From Flavobacteriales bacterium (GTDB taxonomy: Bacteria; Bacteroidota; Bacteroidia; CAIKAF01), in assembly GCA_025055575.1 (NCBI GenBank), contig JANWWP010000034.1, positions 64,273 through 128,272 on the forward strand: a DNA stretch of 64,000 nucleotides, in the 5' to 3' direction. The notes under the pieces are model-generated. The model was not told where the DNA came from, did no database searches, and worked only from the letters and a program-made list of their open reading frames with translations. This document shows positions 55,431 through 64,000 of the stretch, piece by piece (the stretch's first letter is position 1; each line of letters opens with the position of its first letter). A program made the translations under genes and the position numbers.

Positions 55431-56081
55431 TTAAATTTTCCGAAGGGCCTTGCGGGATTTAAATGGATATATCTTGGATTCCTGCCCCCGGATTAGTTTT
55501 CGGATGTTGCTTCGGTGGGTCCAGAAAATCAACACGGACAGGGTCAGCACAGAGGCCCATTGCCAGCTTGAGGCGTGAGGATAGAAGAGGTAATGCCAAA
55601 AAGGAAAAACCGCAGCGGCGCTCATTGAACCCAGGGAAATATAAGATGTAGCCAGCCAGACACCTAAAAATACGCCGGCTGATAACAGGGTGGCCAGAGG
55701 TGCAATGGCCAGCATCATCCCCAGGGAGGTGGCCACGCCTTTGCCCCCGCGGAACTTCAAGAATACCGAATACACATGCCCCAAGACTGCAGATGCCCCG
55801 CCGCAGATTTTCAAAGCGCTCATCGCACTGTTCTCAGCATCTGTGAAAATAAATGGAGGCAAGAAGGCAGGCACAAATCCTTTCAATGTATCCAGAATCA
55901 ACACCAGAATACCCGCTTTTTTCCCGAGGATTCGGAAGGTGTTGGTGGCGCCGGCATTGCCCGAACCATGTTGCCGGATATCCAGACCATACCAAGCCCG
56001 GCCTATCCACACGGACCAAGGGATGGATCCCAGCAAGTAGCCGGCGAGCCCCGTCAGGATGAAATGTGTGGTCATGTGCAT
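55431..56081 (-). CDS. plsY: Glycerol-3-phosphate acyltransferase PlsY
   Basis: LGSIPWSVWIGRAWYGLDIRQHGSGNAGATN is a PlsY signature. About 210 aa, 5 TM. Confidence 0.85.
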   Translation of the reverse strand: MHMTTHFILTGLAGYLLGSIPWSVWIGRAWYGLDIRQHGSGNAGATNTFRILGKKAGILVLILDTLKGFVPAFLPPFIFTDAENSAMSALKICGGASAVLGHVYSVFLKFRGGKGVATSLGMMLAIAPLATLLSAGVFLGVWLATSYISLGSMSAAAVFPFWHYLFYPHASSWQWASVLTLSVLIFWTHRSNIRKLIRGQESKIYPFKSRKALRKI

Positions 56082-56083
56082 GA

Positions 56084-57235
56084 TTAAAAATACAGAACTG
56101 GCGGGCCGGGATGGATCCAGTGTACGGTCAGACTATCCGGCCAGGCTTCCTGAAGAATTTCAGCAAATTGCTCAGCCACCAGGAATTCGCTTTCATAATG
56201 ACCAATATCCACCAGGAGGGTTCGAGGGTCTGCCTCTGCGAAATCGTGGTATTTGACGTCGGCCGTTAAGTAAAGGTCTGCTCCGGCCTTTCGGGCATAG
56301 GAATACAGTCCGGCCCCGCTGCCCCCGCACAGAGCCACCCGTTGAACAGGCCCCCTCGGTGGGGGCGCGCAGCGGATTTGGGTGCACTTAAAAACGTCCT
56401 TTACTTTGGCCATGGCCTCGGCCCATTCCAGAGGTTCTGGCCACTCTCCCACACAACCGTAGCCCACCGTTTCGGTGGCATTGTCCAATGCAGTCACCTC
56501 GTACCAAAATTCTTCAAAGGGGTGTATGCGGCGTACGGCGGACAACGCATTTGCTAGGTCCGTTTCTTTGACGATTACTGTGAGAAACAGGGTTTCCGAT
56601 ATTTCTGGTTGGTGGATATGACCTTGGCGGGGTTGGGATCCTGGCAATGGGGTAAAGCCTTCATGGACCGGCCAGCTCATCCATCCTCCGGCATATTTGA
56701 GGCTGATGGGCTGCACTGAAGTACTAAGAGCTTCCCGGATGGAAAGGAAGGTTTCCTGTGGTGTGGTTAAACTGAGACGGACCAGCCGGCCGGTTTCCGG
56801 GGCCAGGGTGCGCCGGTGCATTAACCCCAAGCGCTGTGCCATATAATAACTTGTGCCCCCGGCCACACGATCCCAGTTGGTGTGCATGGCAATGCATGCG
56901 ATATCCCGCTTTATTAACTGTTGAAGAAGATGACCGGCGGATTCGTCGGGATTAATTTTTTTGAGGGGTTTGAAAATACAAGGATGGTGGCAGACAATGA
57001 GTTCTGCATTTCGATCCGTAGCCTCAGCTAACACTTTTTCATTCAGCTCCAAAGCACAGATGACCGTTTGTACTGGCATGCTGGGACTTCCCAAAAGCAG
57101 CCCAACGTTGTCATAGGATTCGGCCAGGTCTAATGGCGCTCTTTTTTCCAGCGTCCGCAGGACGTCTAAAACAGTAATGGGAGGACCGCTCATTGACATC
57201 AGGTACGTCCGGGGTCTTAATTCAAAAGTCCCCAC
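56084..57235 (-). CDS. Nif3-family dinuclear metal center protein (long form with insert domain)
   Basis: NVGLLLG, CHHP and C-terminal metal-ligand His/Glu pattern typical of NIF3/YqfO. True start probably the internal Met (MSMSGPP…). Confidence 0.8.
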   Translation of the reverse strand: MGTFELRPRTYLMSMSGPPITVLDVLRTLEKRAPLDLAESYDNVGLLLGSPSMPVQTVICALELNEKVLAEATDRNAELIVCHHPCIFKPLKKINPDESAGHLLQQLIKRDIACIAMHTNWDRVAGGTSYYMAQRLGLMHRRTLAPETGRLVRLSLTTPQETFLSIREALSTSVQPISLKYAGGWMSWPVHEGFTPLPGSQPRQGHIHQPEISETLFLTVIVKETDLANALSAVRRIHPFEEFWYEVTALDNATETVGYGCVGEWPEPLEWAEAMAKVKDVFKCTQIRCAPPPRGPVQRVALCGGSGAGLYSYARKAGADLYLTADVKYHDFAEADPRTLLVDIGHYESEFLVAEQFAEILQEAWPDSLTVHWIHPGPPVLYF

Positions 57236-59229
57236 TGCAAACTTAAGCGAACGGCCCGGTCCAGCAAAGGATAACCCGGGGAAAGCCAGTAATCCGCCTT
57301 GGGAAAGCCCCGGTTCAGGTGCTGGCCCAGCAAGGCTACCCTAAAACGCTTAAGGGCCAGGCTCATGTGGGCATTCCACACAGGGTAGTTGCCGGCCTGG
57401 AAGCCGTTCTGAAGATACCATACCTGAAGCCCGGGCATCCAGGCCATGGGTTCGTAGCGGCTATGCCAATAGACATCCGTACCCACCTGGAAGTAGAGCT
57501 TGCGTTGAAAGAGGAAAGTCCGAAAAAGGAAACCTGCGCTTCCTGCGAGCCAGGGCACCCGTATCACCGAATGACTGGCTTTTTGGAAATGCACATTTAT
57601 TGGGATGCCAAAGTGTTTTGAAAAAAACAGGAAATCTCCTTGTACGCGTGCCTGAAGCACCGTGAGAGGGGATTCAAAATTCCTGGGGAAAGCTTCCGTG
57701 TCATAAAAAAATGCCTGCCGGAGGGTGTGCCAATAGACACTGGCCTGTAATTTTTGACGTGGCAGCCTACTGGTGAAGTACACGGAGATTCGGGTCTGAT
57801 TTTTCAGGTCCAGATTCCAGGCGAAGTTGTTGGAGTTCACCTCCCGTTGGAGAAAGGCAGGTGTTAAGTTTTGAAGACAGCCTCCGGCTACAAGAACTAA
57901 AAACATGGACCTCAAGGAATCCTGCGCCTTCTGATTTTTCCAGGTTAGTTGGGGGTGCAGCAGGAAGGCTCCGGCGTTGTACCCCATCAGGTGGGTTTGT
58001 AGCCGACTGGTAAAATGAAGCTGGGGAGAGAATTCCAAATTCAGGGACCCCAGCAGGGTCAAATTGTGATACGATGCCCAAGGCCGCACGGGCCGAAGCG
58101 TATCCTGACCGAGATGCATCCAGCCGTAGCGCACCGATGCTGAAACAGTGGAGAAGCGCATCCGGCCTGACAAGGGAGCCAGCCTGAAGCCGGCTTCTGC
58201 CGAAGCCTCCCGAAAATGGGCCACCCAAAGAGAAGGGCCTCCGGATCCATAATAATGCTTAAAGAAACTGTCAGCAGCGCCGGTTTTGTCGCTGAAGCTG
58301 CGCCGGTCATCGCTATAACCAAGGCCCGTTATCAACGCCCATCGGGTCATAGTGCGTTTTTGGAGGCTGTCGGTGAGCCGGGCACCCAGAAGAATATCTT
58401 GATGGAGGAAAGCATCCCAGCGGTTTGAGAGCATTTCCGCCCCCGACAACCGTACCGGCCAGGTGTCCCTACGGGGCAGGGGCACGAAGGTCGAATCCCC
58501 GGCGGGGGAGAGGGTCCAGAGGCCTTTATCCCTGAGTTGGACTTGAGGGCTGAGGCCTCCGTTTTCTTCCTGGCGGAAGCGGTGCCAAAGGAGACCGGCC
58601 CGCATGAACCAGCGTCCGTTTGCAGATCTTTGATAGCCGCTGGCCGTCAAGCGGGACACACCGGCCCATTGCCGCTGATAAAACCCCGTGCTGCCCAGCC
58701 GGAAAAAATCCACATGCCACTGGGCACGCCTTCCAAGCGGCTGGGTATGCAATACATAAAGTCTCTGGTCGCCGCGGCGGTTGTTTTTGGGCGGACCGCT
58801 TGTGCCCAATTGGTATATGAGCTGTGTGTAGGGTCTGCGGGATGAATAGTACATCATCTTTTCAGGGGATTGGACGAAATAAAAAGGCCATTGAAAACCC
58901 CAGCAAAAACCAGTGACCGAATCGGGGGTGTACCACAAAGGCTGGGGCGCTCTGCCGGCATTGTCCTCGGCCGGGTAGTTCAGGTATGGAAGAGCGGTGA
59001 ACAAATGGTGCAGGAAACCCTCGCTGCTATCTCTTTTGATGCGTTGCCAATAGCCGGTGGTGTGATAATCCTCTTCGCGCCAGGTGAAAATGCTCAAAGT
59101 ATCCCGCAATGCGCGGAGGGAGTCGTGCCGGGCGGTGAGGGCTTCCTGCTTTTGCCCCAGTGCAGAGAACCCATGGATCATCAAAAGAGTGATCCAAAGG
59201 ACGGGCAAGAAGCCAATAAGCCTGTGCAA
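57217..59229 (-). CDS. Large outer-membrane protein, putative porin-like beta-barrel (hypothetical)
   Basis: About 670-716 aa, aromatic-rich alternating pattern, ends …QWGLLN. Track start 59367 would overlap the divergent rdgB; a TTG at 59227-59229 gives a credible signal peptide MHRLIGFLPVLWITLLMIHGFSALG. Start unresolved. Confidence 0.4.
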   Translation of the reverse strand: MHRLIGFLPVLWITLLMIHGFSALGQKQEALTARHDSLRALRDTLSIFTWREEDYHTTGYWQRIKRDSSEGFLHHLFTALPYLNYPAEDNAGRAPQPLWYTPDSVTGFCWGFQWPFYFVQSPEKMMYYSSRRPYTQLIYQLGTSGPPKNNRRGDQRLYVLHTQPLGRRAQWHVDFFRLGSTGFYQRQWAGVSRLTASGYQRSANGRWFMRAGLLWHRFRQEENGGLSPQVQLRDKGLWTLSPAGDSTFVPLPRRDTWPVRLSGAEMLSNRWDAFLHQDILLGARLTDSLQKRTMTRWALITGLGYSDDRRSFSDKTGAADSFFKHYYGSGGPSLWVAHFREASAEAGFRLAPLSGRMRFSTVSASVRYGWMHLGQDTLRPVRPWASYHNLTLLGSLNLEFSPQLHFTSRLQTHLMGYNAGAFLLHPQLTWKNQKAQDSLRSMFLVLVAGGCLQNLTPAFLQREVNSNNFAWNLDLKNQTRISVYFTSRLPRQKLQASVYWHTLRQAFFYDTEAFPRNFESPLTVLQARVQGDFLFFSKHFGIPINVHFQKASHSVIRVPWLAGSAGFLFRTFLFQRKLYFQVGTDVYWHSRYEPMAWMPGLQVWYLQNGFQAGNYPVWNAHMSLALKRFRVALLGQHLNRGFPKADYWLSPGYPLLDRAVRLSLQWGLLN

Positions 59230-59288
59230 GTAACGTATTTTGGCGCCGAATTTACATGAGTTCTTCCATGAACGCGGGTTGGCAAGTG

Positions 59289-59873
59289 ATGCTGGGCAGC
59301 AGTAACCCTCATAAAAGAGCAGAGCTGGAAGCGCTTTTGGCCGGTTGGCCGGTACACCTGTGGACACCTAAAGACTTTCCGGGTCTTGAGCCGCCCGATG
59401 AAACCGGCACTACATTTTTGGAAAACGCTTTGCTGAAGGCGCGATACTATCATTCGCGCACCGGCCTCCCCACGCTCTCCGAAGACAGCGGCTTAGAGGT
59501 GGAAGCCCTGGAAGGTGAACCGGGTGTACGGTCCGCCCGTTTTGCGGGCCAGGGCGCTTCGGATGCAGACAATGTGGCCCGCCTGCTCTCTCTTATGAAA
59601 GGAAAATCGAACCGAAGGGCCCGCTTCAGAACGGTGATGGTGTATAAGGATGCCGGGGGCGAATACGTTTTCGAAGGCGCATTGCAGGGTCAGATTGCTG
59701 CGCAGCCTGCCGGGACAGAGGGCTTTGGGTACGACCCGGTGTTTGTGCCGGAAGGATGGAACAGCACCCTGGCCCAGGCAAGCCAGGAAGCCAAAAACGC
59801 CGTATCGCACAGGGCCTGTGCCTTGAGGCGCTGGATAGTCTTCATGCAAGAGCGCGAAGGCTGGAAAAAGTGA
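59289..59873 (+). CDS. rdgB: Non-canonical purine NTP pyrophosphatase (Ham1/RdgB)
   Basis: MLGSSNPHKRAELEAL… (Maf/Ham1 N-terminus), FGYDPVF motif. Alternative upstream ATG at 59256. Confidence 0.8.
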   Translation: MLGSSNPHKRAELEALLAGWPVHLWTPKDFPGLEPPDETGTTFLENALLKARYYHSRTGLPTLSEDSGLEVEALEGEPGVRSARFAGQGASDADNVARLLSLMKGKSNRRARFRTVMVYKDAGGEYVFEGALQGQIAAQPAGTEGFGYDPVFVPEGWNSTLAQASQEAKNAVSHRACALRRWIVFMQEREGWKK

Positions 59874-59894
59874 ACACTTTCAGAACCGCCAGTT

Positions 59895-60788
59895 TTATTT
59901 CTCAGGAGGTAGAAGCCCTTTAGGAGGCGGGGGCACCGGGCGGGAAGGTGTGGGAGGGTTGCGGGCGTCCACATCTTCTACCACTTCCCAGTGTTTTTTG
60001 TGCCAGCGCAGACCGTTGTAAGAGCCGTCGGGAACGTAGGCTGCAGGCTGGCTACGGCCTGAGGGTGCATAGGGGGTGAGATGGTCGTATACGATCATGT
60101 TGAGCTGATCGTCCCAACGCAGGTGGACGGCAGCATCGGCTTTGTATTCCAGGATGAAGCGGTGGTAAGTTTTGTGTTGGTGGCGGATGATGGGCGCCCC
60201 GAACTGAGGGAATCCCCGGCTGTTGAAGCTGAGGGGTTCGGCTATTTTGAGGCGGCTGTGGGCGTTGTGCATGTTGAGGCCCAGCAGAAGCCAATGTTTT
60301 TTACCGCTTTTGCGGACGGCATAATAAATGGCCCCCATCCAATGGCTGGCATCCAGGGTTTTGTGCAGGGGCCGGCCAAGTTGGGCTGTCTGGTCCTGGA
60401 GTTCGAAAACGGGCTGAAAGGTTGCCGGACGGCGGGTTTTGCTGCTGAGGTTCTGGAGAAGGCCGAAATTCTGGTAATGACCATCGGCAAACAGGACGGT
60501 GAAGGTGAGGAGGCGCCAGCTTTTGTCTGGAGGGACGAGTAAGGATACCTGGCTGAAGCCTTCGGCGGGTTGAGGATGACCGGCTTCGAGGCGCTGGCGC
60601 AGGATGAGCAGCAGTTCGCGGGCTTTTTGGGCTTTCAGGCTGTCGGGATAGGCGGGATTGAGCAGCCATTCTTTGAAGGATTTTCCGGCGGAAAGGCTGT
60701 CGGTTTGGGGAAATGCACGACGATGCGGCCAGAGACAGAGGGCGAGCTGAAGAATTGGGAAAAGAATGCGTAGGAATGGACGTTTCAT
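59895..60788 (-). CDS. Hypothetical secreted protein with Pro-rich C-terminal tail
   Basis: Signal peptide MKRPFLRILFPILQLALCLW. No recognised motif. C-terminus PPTPSRPVPPPPKGLLPPEK. Local GC elevated. Confidence 0.4.
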   Translation of the reverse strand: MKRPFLRILFPILQLALCLWPHRRAFPQTDSLSAGKSFKEWLLNPAYPDSLKAQKARELLLILRQRLEAGHPQPAEGFSQVSLLVPPDKSWRLLTFTVLFADGHYQNFGLLQNLSSKTRRPATFQPVFELQDQTAQLGRPLHKTLDASHWMGAIYYAVRKSGKKHWLLLGLNMHNAHSRLKIAEPLSFNSRGFPQFGAPIIRHQHKTYHRFILEYKADAAVHLRWDDQLNMIVYDHLTPYAPSGRSQPAAYVPDGSYNGLRWHKKHWEVVEDVDARNPPTPSRPVPPPPKGLLPPEK

Positions 60789-61036
60789 GAATAGACAACG
60801 TCAGGAACTTGGCGGGAGTGTGCCGGAATTGCGTGAGGGATGCGGAGGGCGGCGCCTCCGGCTCCGGTGAGGAGCCGGGCGCCGGCACTGCCCTGAGCCC
60901 GCCCCGCGGGCGAAGGGATTGCCGAAGCGGCAGCGGAGCCCGGAGCAGCCCGACCCCCGGCGTCTGCCTGCAGCGCTGCCCAGAGGCCGCCGGGGGGCAC
61001 GCCCTGAAAGAGATGGAATGCGCCGGGCATCATAGT

Positions 61037-63121
61037 TTAGTCGTTGCCTTCCCGGAAACGGCAGAGGCCTTCCTGAAGAAAAGCGGCATATTCGCGGGCG
61101 GAGGGTGTGTAGCCGCGAGGTGGGGCCAGGAGGCGGCCATCGGGCGCCAGAAGCACGTACAGGGGCTGGGCGTTGCCGGAGAAGAACTGCTGCTGAAAAT
61201 CGCTCCACTTGCCGCCGACGGTGGTGATGCGCCGGCCGGTGAGCGGGGAGGTGTACTGGGCATCGGGTGGCAAGGGGGCCTTGTCGTCGCAGTAGAGGGA
61301 GGCCAGGATGTAATCGTTTTTGAGGAGTTGGAGGACTTCTTTTTCCGGCCAGACATTTTCTTCCATCTTGCGGCAATTGACGCAGTTCCAGCCTGTGAAG
61401 TCGAGCATGAGAGGCTTATTCAAGCGCTGGGCCCGGGCCATGGCTTCAGCGTAGTCGTGGACGCAATCCAGACCCAGAGGGCAATGGCTCTCACCTTCGG
61501 ATAGCCACTCGGCGTAGAAGCCGGGCGGAGGAAAGCCGGAAATGAGACGCAACGGGGCGCCCCAAAGGCCGGGGATGAGATAGATCACAAAACTGAGGGT
61601 GAGCGTACCCAGCAGGAGGCGTGGGATGGTGAGGGGCCCCTGGGTGTCGCCTTTGAACCGCAGGCCGCCCAGCAGATACAAACCCAAGAGGCCAAATATG
61701 GCAATCCAAAGGGCGATAAATACCTCCCGCTTGATGAGGCCCCAATGGTAGGCCAGGTCCACATTGGAGATGAACTTCATGGCAAGGGCCAATTCCAGAA
61801 AACCCAGGGACACCTTGACGGTATTGAGCCAAGATCCGGAGCGAGGAAGGCTGTGGAGCCAGCCCGGGAATGCGGCAAACAGGGCAAAGGGCAGGGCCAG
61901 GGCCAGGGAAAAGCCAAACATTCCGAGAAGCGGCCCCCGCGTGCTGCCCTGCTGGGCGGCTTCCACCAGAAGGGTGCCGATGATGGGGCCGGTGCATGAG
62001 AATGAGACCAGGGAAAGGGTGAACGCCATGAAAAAAATGCCGATGAGACCGCCCTTTTCCGAGGCCCGGTCCACACGGTTGATGAGGCTGCTGGGCAAAG
62101 TGATGTCGAACGCACCAAAAAAAGAAATGGCAAACACCACAAAAACGATAAAAAAGAGCAGGTTGAAAAAGGCCGAGCTGGCCATCTGGTTCAGGGCTTC
62201 TGCCCCGAAAAGGCGTGTGATAAGGAAACCGAGAACGGTGTATAGAAAGACGATGGATAGGGCGTACGTGGTAGCGTTGCGCAAACCGGCGCTGCGGCTT
62301 TTGCTTTGCTTGGTGAAGAAGCTCACGGTGAGCGGAATCATGGGAAAAACGCAGGGGGTGAGCAGGGCCAGGAACCCGCCCAGAAAGCCGGCCAGAAAAA
62401 TGCCCCAGGAAGAGCGGTCGGTGCGGGCCACGGAGCCGGATCCACAACTTCCGTCTAATCGGCTGAGCACTTCATCACTGAGCTTCTGGGGAAGAGGGGT
62501 GCCTTGGTCCATGGGAAGGGCTTGCTCCTGGCTGGCGGTGGAGGTTTTGTCGGGCGGGGCCGGACTTGGGATGCTGTCGGATTGTCCGGGGGCAAGGGAA
62601 ACAGCTTTGCGTCCGGAGGTGCCCCGGACAGGCACGATCACGGTTTCCTGCACCTGGACGCATTTTCCCAGGTCGGTGCAGGCCTGGCCTTCGATGTCCA
62701 CACGGATGTCAAAAGCGTCGGGGGTGAGAATTTCAATGTCCTGCTCGAAGGTGACAGATTTTTCAAACCACCGCGCCATGCCCTGCATGATGTCGTCGTA
62801 TTCTTCGTGGTGGGGTTTGGGTTCGCGGGTTTTTCCAATCTTTTTGTACCAAGGATTTTTTTCAAATTTGAAACGTAAGGGCAAAAAGACTTCATCGGTG
62901 CTCATGGCGTAGAGGTGCCACACCGGGTCAATGACAGCCGTGAGGCGCAGCGTGCCTTGGCCCTTTTCTTTGACAACGAGGACCCCGGACCACTGGGTGG
63001 GGCGCTCTATTTGTGCACGGGCACTGCCTGCCGCGTCGGACAGCAGAAACAGCAGAAGGACAACAAGTTTCAGGGCGGGGTGGATGTTTTTTTGCAAAGG
63101 GATTTTCACCATGGGCTTCAA
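61037..63121 (-). CDS. dsbD: Thiol:disulfide interchange protein DsbD (N-terminal periplasmic domain, central TM domain with Cys pair, C-terminal thioredoxin domain)
   Basis: Central TM region CVFPMIPLTVSFF plus a second Cys region; C-terminal thioredoxin CxxC (WNCVNCRKME). About 694 aa. Confidence 0.8.
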   Translation of the reverse strand: MKPMVKIPLQKNIHPALKLVVLLLFLLSDAAGSARAQIERPTQWSGVLVVKEKGQGTLRLTAVIDPVWHLYAMSTDEVFLPLRFKFEKNPWYKKIGKTREPKPHHEEYDDIMQGMARWFEKSVTFEQDIEILTPDAFDIRVDIEGQACTDLGKCVQVQETVIVPVRGTSGRKAVSLAPGQSDSIPSPAPPDKTSTASQEQALPMDQGTPLPQKLSDEVLSRLDGSCGSGSVARTDRSSWGIFLAGFLGGFLALLTPCVFPMIPLTVSFFTKQSKSRSAGLRNATTYALSIVFLYTVLGFLITRLFGAEALNQMASSAFFNLLFFIVFVVFAISFFGAFDITLPSSLINRVDRASEKGGLIGIFFMAFTLSLVSFSCTGPIIGTLLVEAAQQGSTRGPLLGMFGFSLALALPFALFAAFPGWLHSLPRSGSWLNTVKVSLGFLELALAMKFISNVDLAYHWGLIKREVFIALWIAIFGLLGLYLLGGLRFKGDTQGPLTIPRLLLGTLTLSFVIYLIPGLWGAPLRLISGFPPPGFYAEWLSEGESHCPLGLDCVHDYAEAMARAQRLNKPLMLDFTGWNCVNCRKMEENVWPEKEVLQLLKNDYILASLYCDDKAPLPPDAQYTSPLTGRRITTVGGKWSDFQQQFFSGNAQPLYVLLAPDGRLLAPPRGYTPSAREYAAFLQEGLCRFREGND

Positions 63122-63129
63122 ATTTCGGT

Positions 63130-63840
63130 TTATTCTTTAAACTCTTGTCCCCAGCCCAGACCGAACTGCCGCCGGATGAAGAACACGGCGGCATAGATGA
63201 CGGGCGTGTCCAGAAGGGCCATAAGCGATTTGAACATCCATCCATCGGCCATGTAATCCAGCATCGTGCCAAAAGGCAGTTCGCCGGCAAAAATGACCGT
63301 CACCACGAGCACGGTGTCTGCCAGTTGAGAAAATATCGTACTGCCGTTGTTGCGCAACCAGAGCATGCGGCCGCGCGTGAGCCTTTTCCAAAAATGATAC
63401 AAAATCACATCCACATACTGAGCCACAAGATAGGCCACCATACTGGCAAAGATGAGCCGTGCGGAGTTGTTGAACATGTGGTGGTACACGGCGTCGCTCA
63501 CCCGGCTTTCGGGAATAGCCTGAAACCTGGCCCCCAAACTCACAATAAGCAGGGTGAAAAGGGAAGCGCCAAATCCTGCGAACACCACACGCTGAGTGCG
63601 TTTTTTTCCGTAAAATTCGGACAGGATGTCGGTGATGAGAAAGGTGATCGGATACGGCAAGACGCCTGCCGAAATGATGAAAGTCTTAAATCCAAGATGT
63701 ATGGATACAAATTTGTTGGCAATGAGGTTGCAGGTGATGAGAGCCGCAATAAACAAGGCGGCGAGCCACAAATAGAGCACCTCCGATCCGGCGCTCCGTG
63801 CTGCCGGGCGTTCCGGGGGAGCCACAGAGCGCGGGCCCAC
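63130..63840 (-). CDS. yhhQ: Queuosine precursor transporter YhhQ (DUF165 / VUT family)
   Basis: LWLAALFIAALITCNLIANKF…PYPITFLITDILSEFYG is a DUF165/YhhQ signature. GTG at 63840 or an internal GTG near 63780 as start. Confidence 0.7.
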   Translation of the reverse strand: MGPRSVAPPERPAARSAGSEVLYLWLAALFIAALITCNLIANKFVSIHLGFKTFIISAGVLPYPITFLITDILSEFYGKKRTQRVVFAGFGASLFTLLIVSLGARFQAIPESRVSDAVYHHMFNNSARLIFASMVAYLVAQYVDVILYHFWKRLTRGRMLWLRNNGSTIFSQLADTVLVVTVIFAGELPFGTMLDYMADGWMFKSLMALLDTPVIYAAVFFIRRQFGLGWGQEFKE

Positions 63841-63841
63841 T

Positions 63842-64000
63842 TCAGAACTTTACCTCGGGCGCTTTCTCAGCGCCTTCTGCAGCTTCGAAGTAACCGCGCT
63901 TTTCAAAGCCAAATATTCCGGCCAGAATATTGTTTGGGAAGCGGCGAATGTGGGCATTGTAGGATAAGACGGCATCGTTGAAATCTTTCCGTGCAATGGC
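63842..64000 (-). CDS. lemA: LemA family protein, C-terminal fragment (gene continues beyond window end)
   Basis: Reverse-strand translation …AIARKDFNDAVLSYNAHIRRFPNNILAGIFGFEKRGYFEAAEGAEKAPEVKF* matches the LemA C-terminal consensus. Stop codon at 63842-63844, 2 nt before the yhhQ start. Not in the ORF track because there is no start within the window. Confidence 0.65.
   Translation of the reverse strand, partial: AIARKDFNDAVLSYNAHIRRFPNNILAGIFGFEKRGYFEAAEGAEKAPEVKF

Noticed and set aside
60785-61033. 82 aa minus-strand ORF (Ala/Gly/Pro-rich) filling the GC-rich spacer after dsbD; also the 231 aa plus-strand ORF at 60809-61504
   Set aside because: Composition-driven open frames in a region of about 70% GC. 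No signal peptide, domain or plausible fold. Kept as a GC-rich spacer finding instead.
63013-63981. 322 aa plus-strand ORF
   Set aside because: Lies entirely antisense to the well-supported yhhQ gene. Arg/His-rich low-complexity translation typical of GC-rich antisense frames.
1-64000. Search for CRISPR arrays, transposases/IS elements, integrases, phage structural genes, toxin-antitoxin pairs and restriction-modification genes
   Set aside because: No direct-repeat arrays, no DDE/serine/tyrosine recombinase motifs, no Cas-like proteins and no nuclease or methylase motifs were seen. The window appears to be core chromosome.

Overview
This 64 kb window reads as a chromosomal, mostly housekeeping segment of a Bacteroidota (Bacteroidetes) genome. 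Evidence: no Shine-Dalgarno spacing, frequent GTG/TTG starts, two proteins with type IX secretion (T9SS) C-terminal sorting domains, a PorQ-like gene, a GldE-like CNNM protein, and the Bacteroidetes-typical clusters uppS-bamA-skp and coaX-OMP-TPR-LptC-like. Gene density is high on both strands with many 1-4 nt overlaps. Named genes include rarA, a sigma-54 activator, rpmB, a DES1-type sphingolipid desaturase, icd, a SCO1/cytochrome c copper module, a POT peptide transporter, recO, coaX, bamA, uppS, cmk, tsaD, a giant TamB-like protein, yraN, a K+ channel, lepB, tilS, plsY, a NIF3 protein, rdgB, dsbD, yhhQ and a partial lemA. There are two tRNAs, Gln(TTG) and Arg(CCT), and several hairpin terminators. 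I found no CRISPR array, transposase, integrase or phage genes. Candidate novelties are: (1) a near-perfect sigma-54 -24/-12 promoter immediately upstream of the TamB-like gene, overlapping the tsaD start; (2) a sigma-54 activator, LptE-like lipoprotein and GT-C-like membrane protein run; (3) a lipoprotein with a degenerate M48 peptidase motif (HLLAH instead of HExxH); (4) a strong rpmB terminator hairpin embedded in the predicted 5' end of an M1 peptidase gene; (5) a 248 bp spacer at about 70% GC inside a GC-elevated block around dsbD; (6) a DES1-like dihydroceramide desaturase. Several orphan hypothetical genes have no recognisable family. All family calls are from motifs read by eye and need profile searches.
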